Source: Callorhinchus milii (taxonomy: Eukaryota). Taken from it: DNA of 64,000 nucleotides. Made by a program: the position numbers and the translations under genes. Below, in pieces: positions 37,872 through 51,026 of the stretch. Location of the stretch: assembly GCF_018977255.1 (NCBI RefSeq), contig NW_024704742.1, positions 109,556,001 to 109,620,000 on the forward strand. The letters are read 5' to 3'. Below the pieces are notes generated by a model. It did no database searches. It was given only the letters and a program-made list of their open reading frames with translations, and had not been told where the DNA came from. Numbering within the stretch: position 1 is the first letter of the stretch; each line of letters begins with the position of its first letter.

Positions 37872-38643
37872 GTAAGCTATAATCAAATATCATAAGCAAA
37901 GAATTTGCATAAAGTAAATTTAAGATGTATTTGGTCAGCTTCCACATTCTATTGGGTTTTTAATTTCAAAATAATTTTCACTTCAAAGTACTAGATTTCC
38001 TCTCGCAAGAAACCACCAGTTTCTTGATACACTTTTTGTTTCTTGCAAAGTAATTTCTATCAGCCCCATTATAGCAGCATCAGTATGTGTTTGAAAACTA
38101 TTAGTTTGATGCACAGTAGCATTTTTATTCATTTGCCAAAAAATATCTTGAAATCTTATAAAATATGTGTTTTAAAGCAACTTTTAAAGTATATCCTATT
38201 ATTAAACTATTTTACAACTATATAAAATTCTGAATACTATTAGAATTAAATAAATGTAAATTGTCAGTTTGTTTATTTGCAATATTTTCTGAATGCAATT
38301 TATACAATCCTTCTGTTCACCTTCCATACCGTTCCAAGGTTTAGGGTCAAAACATCTAATTTCAGATGAAGCAGTCATTCCTTTTTTTAACTGCATCTGG
38401 CATTTCAAGGTCTTTGTTATGTACATCCAGTAAAAAGTGACTGGTAGTCATTTTGAATGCATAAAATATAAGTTAGTTGATATTGTTTAACAAATAAAGC
38501 AAAATTTGAGACGTTTCTTTAAAATTACTAATTCTCTAAATGTACTAATATTCTCCATATATTTGCTCAATGTACAAATAACATAGCAGAAGGATGTTGA
38601 AGCAGTTTAATATGTTATTTAATATGTATACTTTGTTCAACAG

Positions 38644-38826
38644 AATAGATATTACTGCGATACTTCTGTGTACCGAGAATCTGTTATGGTCAGTTTGCCA
38701 TTCAGACAAAGCACTGCTTCAGCCTGAAGAGGGCATCTCTCGGTGGATCTTCACAATTCACAGCTATTGCAACACCCTTCTTTCAATTCTTGCTATTTTA
38801 ACATCGCCACTTGAGAAACTTTACGA
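38644..38826 (+). CDS. KIAA0825: KIAA0825 coding exon 10 (IDITAILLCTENLLWSVC...LTSPLEKLY)
   Basis: caacag| acceptor and GA|gtaagt donor; 183 nt, phase 2 to 2. Confidence 0.94.
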
Positions 38827-39026
38827 GTAAGTGAATTAAAACGCATTCATGAGTAATTCCATTTCTTGAAATCCAACTGATAATTTCTGATTAAATTTTG
38901 TCATAATTTTCAGCTTTAAAATGAACGATGTGGTCACTTTGATTGTGTATTGTAACATGGCGTCGTAGGATAGTGGATACAAATGTGATACATGGATACA
39001 GTGAATTTTTAATCTCATTTCGGAAG

Positions 39027-39345
39027 CAACAACAAGAACAACAAATTACATTTGTATAGCCCCTTTCACGTTGGGAGGACGTCCCAAGGCGCTGGATAGT
39101 CAGGGATTTGGACCTGAGCTAGGGGTTGGAATCAGGAGTGGTGGAGGACAGGGAGGGTCGGGTTCCGAGGGTGGTCGAAGGCTCGGTTGAAGAGAAGGGT
39201 CTTGAGACCTGCCTTGAAGGAGGCAAGGGAGGCAGCAAGGCAAAGGGCCTGGGATTGAGTTCCAAAATGTGGGGGCAGAGAGGCTGAAGGCCTGACCGCC
39301 GATGGTGGGGGCGAGCCTGGCAGGGGAAGTGGAGCAGGCCAATCA
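39027..39345 (-). mobile_element. L2 3' fragment
   Basis: (AAC)n tail; tttcacgttgggaggacgtcccaaggcgc. Confidence 0.88.
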
Positions 39346-39350
39346 AAGAT

Positions 39351-40050
39351 TGAAATCCTGTAGCTTAGTGGTTAGAGCACTCACCTCTCAAGCGACAAGA
39401 TGTGAATTTGATTCCTGGGCAGGGCAAAACATTGGGCAAGTTTCTTTACTCCATACCTATGTTCCCTCTAATTTTTTTTCGGCCATGTGTAGAATGAACT
39501 TGGGTTTGTGCACCGATATAAAGGGAGGAGGTGAGGAATAGAAATGACAAAAGAAAAACAGCAAGCAGTATTCACGTCATGCAAGTGGATTTGGCCATTG
39601 GTCCAGGTGGGAGATTTTGAAATGGAGTCTCAACGCCTGGAATCTTCTTGCCTCTTAACACCGAACCACACCGGTCACTGCCTCGCCTGATCACCCGTGG
39701 TCTCAGCCCCTCGATGGTCGTTGCCTGTTGGCTCACCAGGAGGCCTACTCTCTGGCCACTCTAACCTCCTTCGTGTCTTCAGGCTCAGGGCAAGATTGAT
39801 CTCGTCCGCCGGCTTTGAATCGGCTCCTGTAAGCGCTCTCTCCGATTTGCTCCTCTTCATCAACGCCTCCTGTTTCCCATAGCAGTCGACTGCTCGCGTC
39901 TGCCAGAATGATTAAGTGCGCGGCACACACAGACTGCTGTGTGGCTGTGCACGCACGCAGCTTAGAGGGAACAGTGCTCCACACGCCTCTGTTCACCTAG
40001 CGGTAAATGGGAACCTGATTGTTAGGCGATTGGCAGATCGCTTTTCACAA
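39351..40050 (+). mobile_element. tRNA-derived SINE (long variant, tail lost) split by a DNA transposon
   Basis: Head and body to ...ttactccatac (39456); resumes ctccacacgcctctgttcacctagc at 39977. Confidence 0.85.
39457..39976. mobile_element. Non-autonomous hAT-type DNA transposon (MITE-like), 520 bp
   Basis: 15-bp TIRs ctatgttccctctaa / ttagagggaacagtg (13/15 match); 8-bp TSD ctccatac / ctccacac; no transposase ORF. Confidence 0.85.
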
Positions 40051-40449
40051 TTTTATTAAAAAATTTCAGGAATTTCTCGAAATCCCTGGTTTCACAACTT
40101 TAAACGTATAAAGTAAAATCCTAGGGCATGAGTTTTGATGTGGGGGATATCACTGATCATTATCCACCAATCAAAGAATGTTCCTCATATTCTGTGTCTG
40201 TGCCTCACACCTCCCATCCAATTATCTCTTTATGTCACCAGGTTGCTACAGTTCCATGTGCCTTAATCTTAGCTAGTAATCTGTTGCAGGAGTCCTATGA
40301 AATAGCATGTTAATTGTTTCTATCAGATTCCCTTACCGAGCTGACGAGCGCTATGGGAACCAATGTTGGCATTTACTAAAGGTATTGGTGTCATTGATAT
40401 ACTACAAAATTGTTTTGATGATCAGAGCTTTTAATTGTGATTTTAACAG

Positions 40450-40569
40450 GCTGTATCAAAATGGTTTCCCTGAATGTATCTCGTCATTACCATCAGAATC
40501 AGACAACAGATGCTTGCTACAATGGTTACGTATAATGCAGTCCTATCTTTTCTCTAACGCATCACTAAG
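40450..40569 (+). CDS. KIAA0825: KIAA0825 coding exon 11 (LYQNGFPEC...LQWLRIMQSYLFSNASL)
   Basis: ttttaacag| acceptor and AG|gtaaat donor; 120 nt, phase 2 to 2. Divergent, but fills the expected gap. Confidence 0.82.
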
Positions 40570-40714
40570 GTAAATATATACTTTCCAGATGCTACGTGAA
40601 AGGACAATGAGATTAAATTGTCTTGGTCTATGCTTCATTAAGCTTTTCAGTTAACATTATTATTTTATTCTGAAATTATATAAAGGATAATGAAAACCTG
40701 GTAATGAATTGTAA

Positions 40715-41120
40715 TACAACAACAACAACAAGATTCCATTTATAGAACGCCTTTCACGTCAGGAGGACGTCCCAAGGCGCTGTACAGTAGGGTCAGGACC
40801 CGAGCAGGGGGAAATGGTCAGGGTGAGGGGAGGGAAGGGAGGGAGCGAGGAGGGGGTAGAGAGTCGAGAGGGGAGCTGAAGGCACGGACAAAGAGAAAGG
40901 TCTTGAGACCGGCCTTGAAGGAGGAAAGGGAGGAGGCGGCGAAGGCACTGGGGGATAGTGTTCCAGAGCCTAGGGGCTGAGAGGCTGAATGCCCGGCCAC
41001 CGATGGTAGGGCGGTTGGGGCGGGGGATGTGGAGCAGACCGGAGCCAGAGGAACGGAGGGTACGGGCAGGTAGGTAGGGGGATAGTAGGTCAGAGAGGTA
41101 GGAGGGAGTAGGGCCGTGAA
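40715..41120 (-). mobile_element. Young L2 3' fragment
   Basis: Near-identical reverse complement of 29628-30030. Confidence 0.92.
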
Positions 41121-41349
41121 ATACATTGAAATTCAGAAGGAAGTAAGCTGCAAAATGCAACCACATAGTCTATCTAACAAGAGCAGTTTGTCATTGTCTT
41201 CTAAATCTGCCCATGAATAACATTTTAGAATGTATATTCTTACAATTTTTGTGAAAGGCTTTGTTTCGCTACATGCAGTGTGACATTCACTTTGGAATAT
41301 TGTATCATTTTGCAGACAATTAGATTTTTATATATTCAGTATAAATTAA

Positions 41350-42380
41350 CATTTATGTTGCATCTTTCACATTGGGAGGACTTCTCAAGGCACTTGACAG
41401 TCCTGGCCTGGCACTCAAGCTGAGGTGAAACCGAAGGGTAGGGGAGGGGAAAGATGGCCGAAAGCACAGTCGAATAGGAAGGTCTTCAGATGAACCTTGA
41501 AAGAGGTCAAAGATGGTGTGAGTCAGAGGGACTCCAGGATGGAGTTACAGAAAGCGGGGGCAAATAGGCTGAAAGCCATTCTGTCTATAGTGGGCCAGTA
41601 AGAGGGGACACGAAGCAGGCCAGTGCCTGCTAAGTGAAGGCAGCAGCTTGGTTGATATGGTTTGAGGAGGTCACAGAGGTAGGGTGGGGCAAGGCAGTTG
41701 AGGGATTCGCAAGTGAGGAAGAAGATCTTGAAATCGATCAGCTGGAGTATGGAGAGCAAATGGAGCTGGGAAAGGATGGGGGTGATAGGTTTGTAAAGCC
41801 TAGGACAGCAAAGGACACAGACTGCAGGGTTCCATATTCTGCATCTTATGTAGGGAAAAATTGGGTCGTCCAGCAGAGAATTGGCATAGTCGAGCGTTGA
41901 AATGCATGGATTAGAGTCTCAGTGACCTGAGGGGAGAGGCAGTGGGGGAGGTGGAGTTCTGTATCTTAGTTGCTAGAGCACTCACCTTACAAGCAAGAGG
42001 TCGTGGTTTCGATTCTCGCGGGGCAGGGCGAAATGTTGGGCAAGATTCCTTAATCCATACACCTCTGTTTACCTAGGAGTAAGTAAGAACCGGTTATTAG
42101 TCGATTGACGGATCACTTTTCCGGGGGTGATAATCTCTTTAATAAAATGCGGTCACTCAGTCCATGAAAGTGTGTGGGATATTGCTGTGCACAATTGGCT
42201 GCCGCTGTTCGCAAAATATACAGTCAATTCACTTACAGTATATATCGAAGACGTGATAAGACGCTATATCAAATGCAAGGATGATTATTATGTTACAGAG
42301 GTGAGGGAAAGCTGAGTAGGTCAGAGCACAGATGCGAGGTTTGAAGGACAGTTGGGAGTCGAACAAGATAACAAGATCCG
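41350..42380 (-). mobile_element. Older L2 fragment interrupted by a SINE
   Basis: Minus frame IDFKIFFLTCESLNCLAPPYLCDLLKPY; resumes after 42292. Confidence 0.8.
41953..42291 (+). mobile_element. tRNA-derived SINE, long variant, degraded
   Basis: ggagttctgtatcttagttgctagagcactc head; aaatgcaaggatgattatta tail. Confidence 0.85.
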
Positions 42381-43133
42381 GCTCCTTGGTTTGGTTCTAA
42401 GTTATTTGTAAAGTTCAGTTATGAATACTTTTTCTACATGTCAGAAAATACTTGTTCTTTCTGTCTCTTCATCATCATGACCCATGGGTGGCACATTTCT
42501 GTGACTGAAAGTTGACTCTGAAAAGAGACCATCTTTTAAACTAACAGCCTTGTATTGTATGAACAGATTTGTTTTTCTCAAAGATCTCTTGAACATAATT
42601 TTTAAAAGTCTAACGAAATACATCCATGTATGTTTTTTTTAACTGAAATTTGAACTGGTATTTTGAAAGGTCACTGTAAAAGTCAAGTCACATATTGACA
42701 CCAAAACTATATACCAATGATTCCCCCAATGGCCCATTTCAAGAGTTGTAGTTGAAATAATGAAAAGTCTTTTGATTGATTTTTAATGGAAAATGCTCGT
42801 CAAAGAACTGTGGTAATCTGAAAAATCATAGGAGCTTCAATTTCTTCTGTCTTTATTTATTATAAAATCTTTCCCCCCTCCGCAATTACCTATCACTTGA
42901 AGCAAAATGAACAGAGTGGAGATCACAAATCATTGTATTTAGGCAACTATTTATATAGGGTATAAGCAACATTTCAGTTATATCTAAGAGTCCCCTCCAT
43001 TTTGGTAAAGTTGAAAAAAATGAGAGTATTTCAGAGTTAATTGAGCAGAATTGGCATTTAAGTTTAGTATTACACTTATATGACACTTATTTTTATATAA
43101 GAAGTAAACAATAATTTTTTCAATGTGTTTCAG

Positions 43134-43273
43134 CCCTTTGTCATCTGATAAAATAGCAGTCCAGCGACATCTTAAATTGCTGTTATCACAGCCCAGCTAC
43201 AACTGGAACTTACTACTGCAGATGCTTGTTCTTCAGGATTGTCTGATACCTCGAATTTTATTGAGTGATATAT
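43134..43273 (+). CDS. KIAA0825: KIAA0825 coding exon 12 (PLSSDK...LKLLLSQPSYNWNLLL...LLSDI)
   Basis: gtttcag| acceptor and T|gtaagt donor; 140 nt, phase 2 to 1; matches human LKLLLSQPRCNWNLLL. Confidence 0.92.
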
Positions 43274-43867
43274 GTAAGTACAAAAGTTTAAAAAATATGC
43301 TTCAGATCATCAAGTAGCAGACTGCTAAACCAATCAGGGCATGCGATGAGACTTAGGCAGCTCAACAAGCCACTTAGCCATAGCAATCACTTTAGGGGGA
43401 ATGGCCACAACGTGCAGACCCAGGAATGCCCACTTTATGATATTATGACATGCGCAGTTGAGGGTGACCTCTTGCTCTCAGTCCTCATTCATTACGCTAC
43501 ATCATGCAACCCTTCCCAACCTCCAACAAAGCATGAGATTTTATAAGCCCCCTCTTTCTAGAACTCCAACTTGGAGTCCCTCCGACTCGCACCATTTTGA
43601 CCTCTTTCACGGTCCATCTGAAACCTAAATAAATTGAAAGAAAATATGAAAAACAGGACAGAAATTGGAAAAAAAGCACGATTGGAATTTGTAAAACTTT
43701 TAAAATTCAGTTTAACTGAATTAGATAGCCACAAAAATATATCTCTGTGACTGTCTGGACCAATAAGTTTGATGTCAGGATGAGTAAACTTTAGTCCATA
43801 TTGCCCCTGGATCAGTTACTTACAAAAATCTATTTTGATGTCTGCATAACGTATAGAAAGCATTTAT

Positions 43868-44380
43868 TCAACAACAACAACAAAATTGCATTTATAGAGC
43901 GCCTTTCTCGTCGAGAGGACGTCCTAAGGAGCTAGACAGTCAGGGGTCAGGACCCGAGCATGGGGGGAAGGGTGGGGTAGGGATGAGGGAAGGCAGAGAG
44001 GTGGGAGGGCGATTGAAGGCACGATCAAAGAGGAGGGTCTTGAGACCATTCTTGCAGGAGGCAAGGGAGGAAGCGAGGCGAAGGGACTGGGATGGAGTTC
44101 CAGAGTATAGGGGCAGAGAGGCTAAAGACCCGGCCACCAATGGTAGAGTGGGTCAGGTGGGAGACGTGGAGCAGGCCGGAGCCCGCTGAACGGAGGGAGC
44201 GGGCAGGTTTGGTAAGGAGCCAGCAGGTCAGAGAGGTGGGAGGGGGCAAGGCCATGATAAATGGCCGAGAAAGTGAGGACGAGGATCTTGAAATCGATCC
44301 TCTGAGGGATGGGGAGCCAGTGGAGTCAGGTGAGGGTGGGAGTGATGGGGTCACGGAGCCTGGTGCGCGAGAGTACACGA
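43868..44380 (-). mobile_element. L2 3' fragment
   Basis: (AAC)n tail; similar to the reverse complement of 33900-34365. Confidence 0.88.
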
Positions 44381-44804
44381 GCATTTATTCAGTAGATTTT
44401 CATAATTTTCTGGTCCTACAACATTTGTCTTCTATTTCAAACTCTCTTTATATTTTCTTTTCTTATTGTTTTCCACTCTCCAATTTTCTCTTCTGAAAAT
44501 GATGACACATGCTGGATGTTGGTAGCCCTTTGTTTTCTCACCCATATGTGAGCCTGGACAGCAAATTCGGTAATCGGGAAATTTTCTCAGTGCCCTCGTG
44601 AATCATTTCTCTTTTTTGGCCTTCTTGTTCTGTTGCTAGAACTAGCAATTTGGAACAAGTTGCCAGTGCTGTGCTGAACAGTTTAAATCATCAGCTAAGT
44701 GGGTTCTTTTCTTGTGTGTTTTTTCTAAAATAAAAAAAAGTTTGTTTAGATGGGTGGGGGAGGAAGAAAGCGAAGAACGTAGGGGGATGGAAGATGTGAT
44801 AAAA

Positions 44805-45288
44805 GGAGGGTGCAGAGGAGATTTATTAGAATGGTACCAGGGATGAGGGACTTCAGTTATGTGGAGGGACTAGAGAAACTGGTATTTTTCTCCTTAGGCA
44901 GAGAAAGTTAAGGGGAGATTTAATAGTGGTGTTCAAAATTCTGAGGGGTTTTGTTAGAGTAGTAGGGAGAAACTGCTTCCACTGGCAGGTTGGTTGGTAG
45001 CTAGGGGACATAGATTTAAGATAATTGGCAAAAGAACCAGAGGGGAGATGAAGAGAATTTTTTTACACAAGAGTTGATGAGGTTTGCAATGCACTGCCTG
45101 AAAAGGTGGTGGAAACAGATTCATTAACAACTTTCAAAAGGGAATCGGATAGGTACTTGAAAAGGAAAAATTTGCAAGGGTATGGGGAAAGTGTGGGGGA
45201 ATGGAACTGATTGGGTAGCTTTTCCAAAGAGCCAGCACAGACACGATAGACCGAATGGACCTCTATATTCTATGATTCTATGATTCTA
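44805..45288 (+). mobile_element. CR1 LINE 3' end
   Basis: QRRFIRMVPGMRDFSYVEGLEKLVFFSL-like frame; ends attctatgattctatgattcta. Confidence 0.88.
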
Positions 45289-45619
45289 AACAGCCCAAAA
45301 AGAACAGCAGTTGCAACAATAAATCAGATGGTCATTCAGAGCTCACAAGTGTAGCAATAGCATTGCTGGGTGGCTAGAGCCTTGTCTGATGTTTTGACCT
45401 AATTATAACAGACCCAATGCCTGTCCAGCTAAATCAGCACGGACATGGGATTGAGACCTTTTCGATCTGTTTGACTAACTTCAGACAAGACAGTCACTTT
45501 AGTAATTGAGCCACGAAGAAAACCTCGTAGAATTTCATGGTTTTTTATGACCTTATCCAAGCCTACTGTTAATGACATTCTGCATTGGGCTGCATTATCT
45601 TCCATATAAGATTCCACAA

Positions 45620-46490
45620 ACCCATTACCCATGCTTGCCAGCCTTCACTGCCCCCCAACAGATCAACTCTTAAGATGCTCATCCTTACTTTCAAATGACT
45701 CCATGGCCTTGACCCACCAAACTTCTGTGATCTGAGGCCCTACTTCCTCCACCCATTCCCTTCACTCTTCCAATTCTGACTTGCTTTATGTTTCCCAACC
45801 CTTTTACCTCACCATCAGTGGGCAAGCTTTTAGTCATTTTTCCCCCTCTCTCTGTAATTCTCCAAAGAAATCCCTCTGCCTAGCTTGATTGCTCCTTCAC
45901 TTTGAGGATCTGTCTAAAAGTCTATCTCTTTGATCGTGCCTTCTGCCACCTACCCTCCAGCCCTTTATCTCCCATCCAGCTTGGGCTCCCACTCCATTTT
46001 ATAAAGCGCTTTGATGCAGTCTCCTGCATGAATAGTGCTATATAAATGTAATTAATTGTTGAAATTCAGTGGAGACTCAAAACTTTTCCTCATGCTATTC
46101 TTTTTTGTAAACAATGTTTAGCAAAAAAATTCAATTTAAAATGCATTTGTGGTGATGCTTTAAAAGAAAATTTTCTTTGTCAGATTTTCGATTATATTTA
46201 CTATATGTTCCTTGACCTGTGAAATGCTGGGCTTTGCCTATTTAACTTTTGTGGATCTGCAGCCCTTAGATTTAATTTATGCAATGCTCATAATTACTGC
46301 AGACTCATGATATTTCTTTGTAACTGTTCAGGTGAACAATACAACATTACATTTGTATAGCACTGTTCACATCATGAGGAGTCCTGAGGCGCTGGACAGT
46401 TAGGGATTTGGAACCGAGCAGTGGGGTGGGGTGGGTGGGGAGTTGGGGAAAGGGGGGTGGAGGGGAGGTTAGGAGGGTCTAATGCCAAAG
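45620..46490. mobile_element. Old L2 relics (+ ~45620-46040; - ~46335-46490)
   Basis: ctcatccttactttcaaa...ccatggccttg body; tails gtgctatataaatgtaatt and acaacattacatttgtatagc. Confidence 0.7.
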
Positions 46491-47309
46491 GGGGTTGGGT
46501 ACATATATCAAGTTCTGTCAAGTCTAAACATTTCTCTGCATATGTGTGATGCAGAGTAAATGTGAAGACAATATTGTTTTCAATAGAATCTTTCAATCCT
46601 GTGACTTCCAGCTGTGATAACAGTAGGTTTGTATTCATGGTAATCCAATACATCACATGCGTCCTTTTGTGAATCTAATGGATAAGAACAGCGAAGTTAC
46701 GCTTTTGAAAGACAAAATGATAGTTAATCTTTTTACCTCCCATTTTCTTTCCTCGCCTACAAATCTTAACATGCAGCTTTCAGTCATCAGCTTCTTCTGT
46801 AGACCTTTCAATTGCTGTTTCTCTATTATTGTTCTATTTTTGGATACCAGTTGAATGAGTAAGGAATAGAAAATGGTATTGAACAATCTTCATATTGTTG
46901 GCCACTCTTAAGAAAGAAAATTCCCAATAATACCATAAACACTAGGTATGGAATATTAAACACAGTGCTGTTATTGTTTTCCAGTCAAATTGGAGTCATT
47001 TATCTGCTGTTTTCCATCAGTTGGTTTTGATATTCTTTGTGTTAGAAATATTTTCACTAGTGTAACAGTTCTGCAATGTCTCAGTCATTTGCTGAGAAGG
47101 GAAATAAAACCTTCCTACATGGGTTGCAGTGGTCATAAACGTTTTTCAGAAGCTGTTTCAAATTTCCAAGCAAGCACATTAATTGGTGTCTGTATCCGAT
47201 TCAGAAAATCTACGTAGAGTTTTCCTGAAAGAAATTGTCCACACAGTTGTCTTTGAGCACAATTCAGAGTTCATGGAATGTAGAATTCACAAAACCGTGC
47301 ATGATCGTA

Positions 47310-47460
47310 GGAGTCTCGTAGCGTAGTGGTTGGCTCTCTCACCCCCAAGCGAGAGGACCCGGGTTCGATCACTGGGCGGGCAAAACCTTAGGGATGTTTC
47401 CTTGCTCCAAATGCCTATTTACCAAGCAGTAAGTCGTTACCCGGTTGTTCATCGATTGGC
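47310..47460 (+). mobile_element. SINE head and central segment
   Basis: ggagtctcgtagcgtagtgg...cccgggttcgatc...tttaccaagcagtaagt. Confidence 0.8.
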
Positions 47461-48899
47461 TCCAGGTTTGCATGAATGTTTTTTTTGCTGAAAAGCATGG
47501 AACAGATAATAAGAATCTTACTATTTTATTAAATAATATTCTCTTATCTGTGAATGGTACAAATGGCCATACGTATCACACATTTTGCAATACTATCCAC
47601 ATATAGACAGGGTTTTATGACTCTTAAAATAAAATTAAACTGGCATTTTGGAGACATTGGTATTTTGCACATATTTCCTTGTGGCAGGCCATCATGTTTC
47701 AGTTACTCCAGTGGTTGAGAGATTTAAATCCTAGAAACGAATATTTGCATTCTTTGATTGATGATGAATGTAATGGTTTAAGGGTTAAAAGGGTAGCAAA
47801 TACCAGACTTTATCCAAGGGAACAAAGTGTGTGGAATGATTTAAGGTCATTGGGATTATTGCCATTGTCTGCAATGAACAAGCAATTTTTTATACTTGTA
47901 GAATAATTTGCAGTTACGTATCAAACAGACAATATCAGATCTGCATCCTGTAATAGGATTCTTAATTTAGTATTTTCAGTTTAAGCTAGTCAGACATTTG
48001 TCAAGGAAGTACAAATAAGGCTTCAGTTCCATCATGTTCTTTACTGAGTAGCAGTATTGCATTTACTTACTTATTCAAATAACTGTCATCTCTCACAAAG
48101 ACTGACAAATGCTAAATCATAGTCCCTCTCATACTTCTGTATTGCATTACATCTTTCTGCATGCTACTGTTGGCTCAAGGACATTCTGACGGGAGTTATT
48201 AATCTATTTAGTGACCAATCTTTGCTCATGGGGGAAACCATTTCTGCAATAAATGGCAGCATGATCATCACATAATATAACAATAATTACTGAAAATGGG
48301 CTAAGCACAATTCTACAAGTGTGGATTTTCATCTCTTAAATCGCTAAGACAGTTTACAGTGTACTTTAGTAGTGAGACACAATTCACCAACTCACGGGAA
48401 GTGGAAAGTATTGGTTATTTTCTTTAATAACAAAAATAGTTACTGAAATGAAAATGTTGGTATTTCCCAGAATTTTATTGATCAAGTGTGGAAAACAAGT
48501 ATTGTACGTTAGCATATTTTAACATCTCGTGATGTGGCTCTGCTAACACATTGGAGAGTTCAGGGTCACAAGTCACCAGTTGTGGAAAAGTGACAAACAC
48601 TGTATTTGTCTGCTACCCCTTGTTAAGCTGATGGATGTTTTGCTACAATAACGTAGACATCAAATACATTTATTGATAAGGCACATGAGGTTTTATCTAT
48701 TATTTGAAGGTGATACCTCATCTTCTAAGAGATCACTTCCCTATCCACTGCCCGTTTTATTATAAGAAAATTGTATCTACAAAGGGATAATTGTATGATG
48801 TAATGCACACTTAATTCCTTTTTAATTTTGTTTCTGAACAGAACCAAACACCCTCTGTCATTCTACTATTCTAGTAAAAAATCACAACTTCTTGCTTGT

Positions 48900-49408
48900 C
48901 GGCTTCCACAGGCTGCAGATCATCCAGAACTCTGCAGTCCGTGTCCTCTCCCGCACCAGGCTCCATGACCCTATCATCCCCATTCTTGCCCGACTCCACT
49001 GGCTTCCCATCACATAGAGGATACAGTTCAAGATCCTGGTCCTCACCTTCAAAGCCCTCCATGGTATTGCTCCCCCCTACCTCTGTGATCTCCTAAACCC
49101 TACCATCCTGCCTGCTCCCTCCGCTCAGTGGGCTCTGGCCTGCTTCATGTCCCCCGCCTCAGGCCTTTGCCACTCTGCCCCCACCCTCTGGAACTCCATC
49201 CCACAGTCTCTCCGCCTTGCCCCCTCCCTTGCCTCCTTCAAGACCCATCTCAAGACTCTTCTCTTCGACTGCGCTTTCGATCACCCTGCTTCCTCCCCTT
49301 GCCCTCCACCCTTCCCAATCCCGACCCCCAGCTCGGGTCCGAAACTGACTGCCTTGGGATGTCCTCCCGATGTGAAAGGTGCTCTATAAATGTAATTTTG
49401 TTGTTGTA
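48900..49408 (+). mobile_element. L2 3' fragment
   Basis: caggctgcagatcatccagaactctgca...; gggatgtcctcccgatgtgaaaggtgctctata (GTT)n. Confidence 0.88.
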
Positions 49409-50365
49409 GCTTGCTTTTTTTATAACAGCATAGTTGTATCTATGATTCTGTCACACAGTAAGTACAACGAGCAAACATCCACAGTACATTTATTACATAA
49501 CGTTGCTGAATTTCTTCTCAATATTGAACCTGTCTAATTACTTTCAAAATCTTTCATAGTTCCTTGTTTCAACATCTTTGCTGGTAGTTTGCTTATTGCA
49601 AGTTACAACAAATATTTCTTCAGTGTCTCCTATTTACTTTGGTTGTCTGAAAAAGATCAATTTTCTACTTTTGATAAAAAAAGTTTAATAAAATAAATAC
49701 ACTAAAATATACAGCATCTGAAGAAAAATACCATTTCTGAAGATCATTTTGCTCATGGGGCTTTTTATGGACTTAATTATTGTGGGATTTTTGCAATCCA
49801 GTATTCATGAACTGAATCACAGTTAATGCCACTGCTCCAGTTTGCAAATTAGACCCCTTTTTGGAGCATAGTGGATGGAGTTTTATTCAGTATTAAATTA
49901 GATCACATGAACCAATGATGTCAGAAATTGTAGAAGGGTAACATAGCAAGTTAGCAAGATAGCAAGATAGGTAATCTTGCTAACTAGTTAATTTATTGGA
50001 ACTAGACTTATAGCTTTTGATTTATGGACTTAACAAAGAAAAGAAACCGAGAATAATACTTTCAGATGCATTGAGACAGTAGAGTAAGAGGACACAGGAA
50101 CAATTTCAGAACAAACACCAAGAAGTATTTCAATAACCAGAGGGTAATTAAACTGGAATAAGTTACAAGGAAGGGTGTTTGAGGCCAGTATACTGGGCTT
50201 ATTTTTTAAAACTTTGTCCCGTGATGTTAGGGTGAATGTTTTGGAAGATGAGATATAATCAGAACATCTCTTGTGATCTTGTGAGTATTGTCTTTCAAAT
50301 GTTGTCAGTTGTATGAATTTTGAAGTGTATTCACTCTTTTAAGGAATTTCTTGTTTTTGTTCCAG

Positions 50366-50551
50366 ATGTTGATAAAGAAAAAATTGAAGATGATGTGAGC
50401 GCAAAGGAAAAAACTGATAAAGAATCCAAATTGGTACAGGCAATCGTTATGGTGATGACATACTGTGAATCATTGCCCAGATGTCTCAGCGCCATTCTTG
50501 AAGGCTATATTGACAGACACCAGCTGTGGGATCAGTTGTATAATCTATCAG
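50366..50551 (+). CDS. KIAA0825: KIAA0825 coding exon 13 (VDKEKIEDD...HQLWDQLYNLS)
   Basis: ttgttccag| acceptor and a weak CAG|gtcata donor; 186 nt, phase 1 to 1; QLWDQLYN matches human QLWDFLYN. Confidence 0.87.
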
Positions 50552-51026
50552 GTCATATAATATAGATATATTAGAATCTAGTTGTGAATTTAGTTTGTTT
50601 AATGAACACTATTTTGCCCTTCATAATAGAACATAATTCTATCATGAAAATATAGAGGCCGTTTTTTGTGATTTAAAAAAAAAAATCATTTGAATTGTGA
50701 ACCAGCCAAATGTAAATGATTATACTGGTTGCAGCTTTCCTGCTTTTTAATATTTGATCATTTGGAAACTACCTGTATCCATAAAGACTGGCTGATGATA
50801 TCAAAATAGTACAGATTTTATTTGATGTAAACCATGTTTCTGATTTCCTCAGACATAATACTACATTTAGTGTGCTGTAGTGATGTGGAGCAGAAGCCTA
50901 ATTATATTTTCAGCTCCAGATCTATTTTTACACAGAAATACATAGACTATATAGCACCAAAACTAGTTTGGGCTGGTGTTTATATTCCATATGTGTGTCT
51001 GCCCTTCTAATCTGCTCTTCATATTC

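Noticed and set aside
39675..39996. Short ORFs inside the hAT element as a transposase or cargo gene
   Set aside because: All under 85 aa with no transposase motifs; expected by chance in GC-rich DNA.
45360..45490. Possible LF-SINE-like head on the minus strand (similar hint at ~6075-6115)
   Set aside because: Too degraded to support without an HMM search.
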